Origin: a virus
Lineage: Duplodnaviria > Caudoviricetes
IMG/VR virus record: IMGVR_UViG_3300038379_000201
Location: 1-32,048 of that record
DNA: 32,048 nucleotides
Strand: one strand, 5' to 3'
The notes under the pieces are model-generated. The model saw nothing but the letters and a program-made list of their open reading frames with translations. It was not told the DNA's origin and searched no databases. Position numbers and translations under genes: made by a program. Below, piece after piece: positions 15,846 through 22,154 of the stretch. Numbering within the stretch: the first letter of the stretch is position 1; every line of letters begins with the position of its first letter.

Positions 15846-16246
15846 TAGTCGGCCCGCGCCAATTCAACACGCTCGCCGGCGATCTCAAGTACCGGGCCAG
15901 AAGAGCCTTGACATAAGATAATAGGGTTTCCGGAAGCGTCGCACCCGCGCCACACGTCCAGAACGGTCTCAACGCGCATCTGCACAAGGTACTTGCGTCC
16001 TTGGTAGTCGAAGCGGCGGCGCATGATCGCAGCCCCGCCGTTGCGAGCTAGGGCGACGCGAATCGCCTTCTCGTTGGGCGGCGAAAGCTCGACCGGCGAG
16101 TCGGAGCAATACCGGCGCCAAGCGTATTGTGACGCCTTAAGGGGAGAGACGATCTCGGGCTCGACGGTCTGGTCCAGAATGTCACCGGACTTCTCGCCTA
16201 GCGTCACGTCGAATAGTTGAAAGGTTAAGGCATAGCGGCGGGCCAT
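15845..16246 (-). CDS. hypothetical protein
   Basis: 133 aa, AAGGAG RBS, stop overlaps MTase start. Confidence 0.75.
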   Translation of the reverse strand: MARRYALTFQLFDVTLGEKSGDILDQTVEPEIVSPLKASQYAWRRYCSDSPVELSPPNEKAIRVALARNGGAAIMRRRFDYQGRKYLVQMRVETVLDVWRGCDASGNPIILCQGSSGPVLEIAGERVELARAD

Positions 16247-16270
16247 GCGGCGGGGTCTCCTTAGCTAGTG

Positions 16271-16299
16271 TGTATACGGCAGAAAGGCGGCGGGGTCAA
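16271..16299 (-). promoter_or_regulatory. sigma70-like promoter
   Basis: TTGACC-17 bp-TATACA in an intergenic gap just upstream of an AAGGAG RBS. Confidence 0.6.
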
Positions 16300-16306
16300 T
16301 GCGGCC

Positions 16307-17254
16307 TCAATACGACTCCGCTTCTTCTCGTGTCAGAAAGAAATGAATCCCCGGCGCGCACTCGACTAGCGGGTTAGGGTCGTAGGCGTCAGGGCGGACG
16401 ATCTCGCCGACGACGTAAGTGGTCTGGTTGTCATATATCGACACGGGGTCCTTTGCGGGGGCCTCAAGAACGCGCGCAAACTCGGCGCGACACTTCTGGC
16501 CGATCACAGAAGCGGTGCGCCTCGCGTCCGCCGGGATTTCCAGTTTTGCGACGCCGCCGCGCAGTTTTTTGTAAACTATAAGCGCTCCTTCCTGCGGGAT
16601 TTGGAATGGCGAGAACTTGGTTTTTCCATCTATTTTGGCCTCGGACAGGTCGGCCTCGGACAGGTCGGCCTCGGACAGGTCGGCCTCGGACAGGTTGGCC
16701 CCGTACAGGTTGGCCTCGGACAGGTTGGCCCGAGACAGGTTGGCCTCGGACAGGTCGGCCTCGGACAGGTCGGCCTCGGACAGGTTGGCCCGAGACAGGT
16801 TGGCCCGAGACAGGTCGGCCCGAGACAGGTTGGCCCGATACAGGTCGGCCTCGGACAGGTTGGCCTCGGACAGGTTGGCCCGATACAGGTTGGCCCGATA
16901 CAGGTCGGCCCCGTACAGGTTGGCCTCGGACAGGTCGGCCTCGGACAGGTCGGCCCGAGACAGGTCGGCCCCGTACAGGTTGGCCTCGGACAGGTCGGCC
17001 TCGGACAGGTCGGCCCGAGACAGGTCGGCCCGAGACAGGTCGGCCCGAGACAGGTTGGCCCGAGACAGGTTGGCCCGATACAGGTCGGCCCCGTACAGGT
17101 CGGCCCCGTACAGGTCGGCCTCGGACAGGTTGGCCCGAGACAGGTTGGCCCGAGACAGGTTGGCCCGAGACAGGTCTGCGCGGACGCCTTTGCGGTCTTT
17201 CTCCAGCCAGAGAGCGTGCAGCCGCAGGGTTTCTTTGAGTTGGTCGGGGGTCAT
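16307..17254 (-). CDS. pentapeptide-repeat protein (36 repeats) with DUF5758-like C-terminus
   Basis: A(D/N)L(SR/SE/YG/YR) x36, then KCRAEFARVL...ECAPGIHFFLTREEA. Confidence 0.92.
   Translation of the reverse strand: MTPDQLKETLRLHALWLEKDRKGVRADLSRANLSRANLSRANLSEADLYGADLYGADLYRANLSRANLSRADLSRADLSRADLSEADLSEANLYGADLSRADLSEADLSEANLYGADLYRANLYRANLSEANLSEADLYRANLSRADLSRANLSRANLSEADLSEADLSEANLSRANLSEANLYGANLSEADLSEADLSEADLSEAKIDGKTKFSPFQIPQEGALIVYKKLRGGVAKLEIPADARRTASVIGQKCRAEFARVLEAPAKDPVSIYDNQTTYVVGEIVRPDAYDPNPLVECAPGIHFFLTREEAESY
16640..17179. repeat. 36 x 15-bp tandem repeat
   Basis: Minus-strand unit GCC-RAC-CTG plus one of TCTCGG / TCCGAG / TACGGG / TATCGG. Confidence 0.97.
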
Positions 17255-17268
17255 CGGTTAGTCTCCTT

Positions 17269-17394
17269 TCAAAATTTTTGGGGTTGGCCAGCGTCCCGCC
17301 GCTTGGCGATACGCTCAAGGAGGTGCGTCGCCACAATCGCAAGCGCAATGGCCCACAGAACGACGGTAAGGAGGCAGTTAAGGGCGCGGATCAT
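17269..17394 (-). CDS. 41-aa single-TM protein
   Basis: Manual translation MIRALNCLLTVVLWAIALAIVATHLLERIAKRRDAGQPQKF; weak RBS. Confidence 0.5.
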   Translation of the reverse strand: MIRALNCLLTVVLWAIALAIVATHLLERIAKRRDAGQPQKF

Positions 17395-17470
17395 GTTTCA
17401 TTAAATGATGTGTTGCACTGGCGCTAAGGTTTCGCGTCGCGGCGTCAAACTGGTCATAGATGTTAGTCAT
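17378..17470 (-). CDS. 30-aa ORF, possibly a truncated gene
   Basis: MTNIYDQFDAATRNLSASATHHLMKHDPRP; start overlaps the end of the upstream gene; AAGGGA RBS. Confidence 0.4.
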   Translation of the reverse strand: MTNIYDQFDAATRNLSASATHHLMKHDPRP

Positions 17471-18389
17471 TTTCGTTCCCTTTCGCTGTTTCAAAAAGCG
17501 CCAGAAGGGCTGCGCCGTACTTTTTCCAATAAACGAGAGCATTGGGGGCCATTGCAGAAATCTCTTCGTCGGAAAATTTGCGCCACGTCTCGTGAGGATG
17601 AGATTGGCAGCCTATCGTCAACACCTTGTCTGTGATCGAGACAGTCCAGGGGTACTGCTCGAAAGGGGGCAGAGTGATGGGATACAAAAAAGTGTTCTTA
17701 TCGACAATACGGGCGTAATCGCCGATGCGGGCGCCCTCGCCGATGACGGCGCCCTTGCCGATGCGGGCGCCCTCGCCGATGCGGGCGCCCTCGCCGATAT
17801 GGGCTCCCTCGCCGATGCGGGCGCCCTCGCCGATATGGGCTCCCTCGCCGATGCCGGCGCCCTTGCCGATGCGGGCGTACTCGCCGATGCCGGCTCCCTC
17901 GCCGATGCCGGCTCCCTCGCCGATGCCGGCGTAATTGCCGATGCCGGCTCCCTCGCCGATGCCGGCTCCCTCGCCGATGCCGGCGTAATTGCCGATGCCG
18001 GCGTAATTGCCGATGCTGGCGTAATTGCCAATACGGGCGTACTCGCCGATGCGGGCGTACTCGCCGATGCCGGCGCCCTTGCCGATGCGGGCGTACTCGC
18101 CGATGCCGGCGCCCTTGCCGATGCGGGCGTACTCGCCAATATAGGCGCCCTCGCCGATGCGGGCGCCCTCGCCGATATGGGCGCCCTTGCCGATGATGGC
18201 TTTCTCGCCGATGCGGGCGCCCTCGCCGATGACGGCGCCCTTGCCGATGCGGGCGCCCTCGCCGATGACGGCGCCCTTGCCGATGATGGCTTTCTCGCCA
18301 ATATAGGCGCCCTTGCCGATGATGGCTTTCTCGCCTCGCCATATTTTGGCGGTTGAGCCGTCGGGGTTAGCCCAGTCCACTAATTGCAT
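17463..18389 (-). CDS. hexapeptide-repeat (left-handed beta-helix) protein with IGCQxH C-terminal domain
   Basis: 34 x IGxxAx; AAGGAG RBS. Confidence 0.9.
   Translation of the reverse strand: MQLVDWANPDGSTAKIWRGEKAIIGKGAYIGEKAIIGKGAVIGEGARIGKGAVIGEGARIGEKAIIGKGAHIGEGARIGEGAYIGEYARIGKGAGIGEYARIGKGAGIGEYARIGEYARIGNYASIGNYAGIGNYAGIGEGAGIGEGAGIGNYAGIGEGAGIGEGAGIGEYARIGKGAGIGEGAHIGEGARIGEGAHIGEGARIGEGARIGKGAVIGEGARIGDYARIVDKNTFLYPITLPPFEQYPWTVSITDKVLTIGCQSHPHETWRKFSDEEISAMAPNALVYWKKYGAALLALFETAKGNEND
17709..18320. repeat. 34 x 18-bp tandem repeat
   Basis: Unit approximately GCCGATGCGGGCGCCCTC on the + strand. Confidence 0.97.
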
Positions 18390-18402
18390 TTGTCTCTCCT
18401 TT

Positions 18403-18477
18403 TGGCCTGCCTCATCGGGCGCGCTAGGCCAGGTGCGCGCGACGGTCCGCAGAATGCAAGGCGCGGACCGTTTCGGC
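18403..18477 (-). ncRNA. type II hammerhead ribozyme with pseudoknot, U4C core variant
   Basis: GCC-GAA-ACGGTCCGC(loop)GCGGACCGT-C^GCGCGC(ACCTGGCCTA)GCGCGC-CCGATGA-GGC-AGGCCA. All three stems and the core are in register. Confidence 0.85.
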
Positions 18478-18479
18478 TG

Positions 18480-18692
18480 TTAATTCATGAAACAGGCCGC
18501 CTCGTCTCCGTAAGGGACCTCGGCATTGAAAGCCTCGCACGCGGCGAGGGTGCTGAAAGTCTCAGCCGCGCACGTGTCGGCCGTGTATTCTTCGCTGATA
18601 CACGCGCGCCAGGTTGTGCGGTGTAAGGGGTTCAAGGCGACGCTGGCAATGTAGAGCGCCGCTGCGCCGGCGATTAAAAGTGTGGTTCGCAT
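18480..18692 (-). CDS. small signal-anchored, 4-Cys protein
   Basis: 70 aa, hydrophobic N-terminus, AAGGAG RBS. Confidence 0.7.
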   Translation of the reverse strand: MRTTLLIAGAAALYIASVALNPLHRTTWRACISEEYTADTCAAETFSTLAACEAFNAEVPYGDEAACFMN

Positions 18693-18695
18693 TGT

Positions 18696-18863
18696 CTAAT
18701 CTCCTTTCCTGTTGCTACGGTCGAAAGCGGGTTCTCGAACCATTGGCGCCGGGATTTTGCGGCCGCGGATCGCGGCGATTGCTTGGCGCAGCTGGCGTTG
18801 ATTGTGATCCCGCGTCGCGTCGTCGCGGGCGGATGGATGGGCGATGATGAGGGGTTTGATCAT
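18696..18863 (-). CDS. hypothetical 55-aa protein
   Basis: Manual translation MIKPLIIAHPSARDD...RKGD; ATGA overlap, GAGG RBS. Confidence 0.55.
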   Translation of the reverse strand: MIKPLIIAHPSARDDATRDHNQRQLRQAIAAIRGRKIPAPMVREPAFDRSNRKGD

Positions 18864-19015
18864 CCTACTTCCTCAACAATAACGCGGTCGCCGAATCGGC
18901 CCGCATCTTCGTAGCCCGCCGCGATCCGCGGCCGCAAAGCCACGGCGTCAAAGTCGCCTTCGATCTCGACGGGCGAGCGCGAGCCTTGAAGGTCTATAAC
19001 CCGATATTTTTTCAT
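18860..19015 (-). CDS. hypothetical 51-aa protein
   Basis: Manual translation MKKYRVIDLQGSRSPVEIEG...IVEEVG; ATGA overlaps at both ends. Confidence 0.6.
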   Translation of the reverse strand: MKKYRVIDLQGSRSPVEIEGDFDAVALRPRIAAGYEDAGRFGDRVIVEEVG

Positions 19016-19242
19016 TTCTCACTCTCCACAGTTGCAGTTACTTCATCGTGACGATGCAATAGCTTTGCCCGCGCCTGATGTTCCAAGATGGCCAGATCGG
19101 CGAGATGGTCGCGATAGGCGTCTCGCGCCATCTTAGCGACCATGCGGGCGGCCTCAACGTCGCCGGGGAGCGTGACGACTACGTCGTCGACGATGTACGC
19201 AGTCTGAAGATTTGCGGTCATTGGGGCTTTGTCGTTTTGCAC
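19012..19242 (-). CDS. hypothetical protein
   Basis: 76-aa ORF in a tightly packed early cluster. Confidence 0.6.
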   Translation of the reverse strand: MQNDKAPMTANLQTAYIVDDVVVTLPGDVEAARMVAKMARDAYRDHLADLAILEHQARAKLLHRHDEVTATVESEK

Positions 19243-19244
19243 GG

Positions 19245-19520
19245 TTAAATCATCCCTAAAAGAGTCATGGCGGTTTCGTACGCCTTGCGCGCGTCGCCTA
19301 TACGTCGCTCGTAGCGGCGCATCGGGTAGGGGCTTTGATCGTCATCTTCTTGCTCGAATTTTAGCGCACGAAACGCCGCGCGCTTCTCAGACTCGAAAGT
19401 GATCATGGCGAGCCGCTCTAGGCAAGCGGGGGTAAAGACCCGCATTTCCATATCCCCGGAAGCACAGACTTCCGGCGTTCGCTTGTCCTTACTCGGCGGG
19501 AGGGAATAGGTCGGTTTCAT
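19245..19520 (-). CDS. hypothetical protein
   Basis: 91 aa, AGGTGA RBS. Confidence 0.65.
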   Translation of the reverse strand: MKPTYSLPPSKDKRTPEVCASGDMEMRVFTPACLERLAMITFESEKRAAFRALKFEQEDDDQSPYPMRRYERRIGDARKAYETAMTLLGMI

Positions 19521-19528
19521 GGCGTCAC

Positions 19529-19714
19529 CTATGCGCAGTAAACGCCAATGGCGTTTGGGTCATGCGCCGGCGCCTCGCGCGCCGTCACAACGGCCCATTT
19601 GAATGCGGGAGTCGGCGCAACCCAAAACTTACGCTCGGGAAACTGCGCTTGCAGCACGGCTAGCCGTTTCTCTGCATTGCGCCTTAAGCGGTACTCGCGA
19701 TAAGCCCTTTTCAT
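19529..19714 (-). CDS. hypothetical protein, first gene of the leftward block
   Basis: ATG 19714 after AAGGAG; 61 aa MKRAYREYRLRRNAEKR. Confidence 0.7.
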   Translation of the reverse strand: MKRAYREYRLRRNAEKRLAVLQAQFPERKFWVAPTPAFKWAVVTAREAPAHDPNAIGVYCA

Positions 19715-19740
19715 AATACTATTCTCCTTTGTTGTGTAGC

Positions 19741-19769
19741 ACCATAACACGCTAGGCGTTACCAAACAA
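19741..19769 (-). promoter_or_regulatory. putative leftward early promoter
   Basis: TTGTTT-17 bp-TATGGT with TG extension. Confidence 0.5.
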
Positions 19770-20449
19770 CTAACGCACCGAGGTTTTTGATCACGAAATG
19801 TTACAAGGCTGCACTCGTATGGGTTGAATTAGTCGTTTTGTTTTCGCTGTAGTCTTAGCTACGCAGTTGTGTCGAGGACGAAAGGACTGAGTGGCGTTGT
19901 AGATTGTTTCGGGAGCGAATTGGAGGGTCAAAAAGGTCCCCGCTTTGTACTATCTCTAATGTGATAGTGTCTCTACATATTATATCACTATCAGATTTTA
20001 GATGGCACAAAGAGCGCGGGCGCAGGGGAATACACCGTGTAGTTTACTTGGCAGCCTCCCCGCCTCCCCGCCTCCCCGCTACCGCACCCCTCCCCCGCCC
20101 AGTCCCTCCGTCCACGGAACATTGCCGCGCCGTCGCGTCACCAAGCCTCATCGTCCGCATACGAACTAAGTGGCTAGGCTGCATGGCGTCGACGACGCGG
20201 CGTTGGCCGTGGGGCGGGGCGACGCAGCGGCCGGGGGGGGGGGTGGTTCTTGGTTGGGCCGAGGTGCTTTGCTAGGGCCCAGATTCTGGATATGCCAAAT
20301 TTCCCAGCCCCATGTTCCCTCGCCACACAGCCCCTAAATTTTCCGCTTGACCCCGCCCCAAAAACCTGCCACACCTCCAAGCGACGGGTAGGCCCTCCCC
20401 TGCAACGGCCTCGCAAGCGCGCCGCCGCGGCCCGTCTCCGCAGGAGCTT

Positions 20450-20614
20450 ATGACCGCCCGCCGATACCGCGCCGCCCTCCGCCTGACGACCTCGTGGATT
20501 GCAATCGCAGAAGTCCACGCCGCCGAAGCCTACATGGAGGCCATGGCCGAAGAAGCTTTCCTCGCCAGATACCGCTCGGTCGGGATGTCGCGCCGTGTCA
20601 ACTTCAAACGATGA
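20450..20614 (+). CDS. hypothetical 54-aa protein
   Basis: AGGAG RBS; MTARRYRAALRLTTSWIAIAEVHAAEAYMEAMAEEAFLARYRSVGMSRRVNFKR. Confidence 0.55.
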   Translation: MTARRYRAALRLTTSWIAIAEVHAAEAYMEAMAEEAFLARYRSVGMSRRVNFKR

Positions 20615-20966
20615 TGTCGAGCGTGTCGCCCGCGCCATCCACCTCGACGAATACCCGCTCGGCGAGTGGGAGCACGTCCGCGCAGAGCACCGCGCCAAGT
20701 GGCGCGCGATGGCCCGGACCTGCGTTTCCGTCGCCATGTGGGGCGATTTTTTCGACGCAGCCAAGCGTCTCGCGCACTGGGACGACGTTGACAACAAACG
20801 CCAGACCCAGCCTTTCGACAAGCAAACGCCCGCTGCGCAGCGGCTCTGGCTCCGCCGCGCAGAGGTCGGGTTCGCTGCGCTACGGGGCTTCCCGATCCCG
20901 CCGCGCCAAGCTCGCGCCGCGTCCGTGTTCAAGACGACTCCGGGGGAGTTGGACGATGGCGCGTGA
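20595..20966 (+). CDS. hypothetical protein
   Basis: Probable GTG start; DVERVARAI...W...KWRAMAR pattern seen in phage proteins. Confidence 0.6.
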   Translation: MSTSNDDVERVARAIHLDEYPLGEWEHVRAEHRAKWRAMARTCVSVAMWGDFFDAAKRLAHWDDVDNKRQTQPFDKQTPAAQRLWLRRAEVGFAALRGFPIPPRQARAASVFKTTPGELDDGA

Positions 20967-21420
20967 GCCGCAGCCGTCTCGGCTGAAGTTCGTGTTTTAC
21001 CAGCACCTTCCGCGCGGGTGGCGTTTCATCGAGAAGGGCGACCCGACGCCGCCGAAGGACATGACGCCGTCATTCTCATTTCGCAAAAATATTGGCGAGG
21101 CTTGCTTTGAGACCAAGACCGTTGCGGCTCCGCCGATCACGACACGGTACGCGCTCTACGTCGCGCTGCACGAGTGCGCACACGCGCGGCTCCACGCAGC
21201 CGACTGCGGCGCCGGCTGGCCTGCGCCGGAGTGGCAGACGGAATATGAGGCGGAGATGTACGCCATAAAGGCGATGCGCGCCGCGGGCATTCCCGTACCG
21301 CGCGCCGTCATGCTGGAGTCTCGCGACTATGTCGGGATGCTTCTTGAAAAGCACGGCTGCGCCGACGCGCCGGACGAAGTATGGAGATTTGCATACCCTG
21401 ACGGGAGGAGAGGCGGATGA
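20956..21420 (+). CDS. HExxH zinc metallopeptidase-like protein
   Basis: ATG 20956 after GGGAG; VALHECAH and downstream EYEAEMYA. Confidence 0.75.
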   Translation: MAREPQPSRLKFVFYQHLPRGWRFIEKGDPTPPKDMTPSFSFRKNIGEACFETKTVAAPPITTRYALYVALHECAHARLHAADCGAGWPAPEWQTEYEAEMYAIKAMRAAGIPVPRAVMLESRDYVGMLLEKHGCADAPDEVWRFAYPDGRRGG

Positions 21421-21590
21421 GGCTGTATCTGGTTCAATTTGTCGCGGAGGACGCTGGCGCCGGGTACTCCGCGCAGCACGTCCTCGCTGACGACATTGTC
21501 TCGGCTATCAGAACGCTGTCGGACAAGGACGTTGTCGCGGCGGCGCTGGTTTCAGAGAACCCCGTCGTAGCTGTTGACAAGCGACACTGA
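21417..21590 (+). CDS. hypothetical 57-aa protein
   Basis: ATGA overlap, GGAG RBS; MRLYLVQFVAEDAGAG...DKRH. Confidence 0.65.
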   Translation: MRLYLVQFVAEDAGAGYSAQHVLADDIVSAIRTLSDKDVVAAALVSENPVVAVDKRH

Positions 21591-21602
21591 GGCGGCTAGC
21601 GT
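21574..21602 (+). promoter_or_regulatory. sigma70-like promoter for the packaging/head operon
   Basis: TTGACA-17 bp-TAGCGT, followed by GGAGG RBS. Confidence 0.65.
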
Positions 21603-21622
21603 CGCCCGCACATGGAGGCTCT

Positions 21623-21814
21623 ATGGCTGTGGAAAAGAAACCGTCGTTGCTCAACCGCTACATTATGCGCAAAACCGGCGCGGAGGCGGTCGTCAAGGGC
21701 TTGCAGAACAAGCCTGTAGCCAAGAAGCGCGCCATTCCCGCCGCCCCGCGCCTCAAGCCGGCTCCGAGAAGCCGCGAGCGCCAGATGGATGAGTTTAGGA
21801 AGTATCGGGACTGA
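21623..21814 (+). CDS. small basic protein
   Basis: 63 aa, K/R-rich, GGAGG RBS. Confidence 0.7.
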   Translation: MAVEKKPSLLNRYIMRKTGAEAVVKGLQNKPVAKKRAIPAAPRLKPAPRSRERQMDEFRKYRD

Positions 21815-21815
21815 C

Positions 21816-22154
21816 ATGGGCCTCAAGCGCCTGACGCGCGCCGCAGCGACGTCGGCCGCAGTCGCCCCGACCCCGACCCTGCCGGCCGTTGCGGATTCTT
21901 CCGGCGGGCTCATGGTTTCGGTCGGCAAGTACGCCAGAAGCGCCGTTCTCGGCGTGTTTGAGCAGATTGGCGGACAAGGCGCTATGGCGGAGTGGGCCTC
22001 CGCCAACCAGACAGATTTTTATACCAAGCTGTTCGCCAAGACGATCACGAGGGAGGTCGAGGAGAAGCGGGTTGACTCGATTGAGGACCTGCTTGACGCC
22101 ATTGACGCGGAAGCGACCTTGGTCGCGACGGACGCCGAGTTCGAGGACGTATGA
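21816..22154 (+). CDS. terS: terminase small subunit
   Basis: VFEQIGG...MAEWASANQTDFYTKLFAK pattern; ATGA-coupled to TerL. Confidence 0.75.
   Translation: MGLKRLTRAAATSAAVAPTPTLPAVADSSGGLMVSVGKYARSAVLGVFEQIGGQGAMAEWASANQTDFYTKLFAKTITREVEEKRVDSIEDLLDAIDAEATLVATDAEFEDV

Noticed and set aside
16464-17404. Long alternative-frame and antisense ORFs over the pentapeptide array
   Set aside because: The 15-bp unit has no stop in any frame. Only 16307-17254 has an RBS and non-repeat domains.
16640-18320. Tandem arrays as CRISPR or DGR elements
   Set aside because: No unique spacers, unit lengths are multiples of 3 within coding genes, and there is no reverse transcriptase or adenine-specific TR/VR pair.
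17460-18356. Antisense LADAGA-repeat ORF and other frames over the hexapeptide array
   Set aside because: Shadow of the 18-bp repeat; no RBS, and opposite to the operon direction.
19840-19900. Second hammerhead suggested by GGACGAAA and CTGAG words
   Set aside because: Could not build three stems or a CUGANGA core in register on either strand.
20494-20955. N-terminal half of the 308-aa ORF
   Set aside because: Low-complexity shadow overlapping two better ORFs; real start likely ATG 20956.
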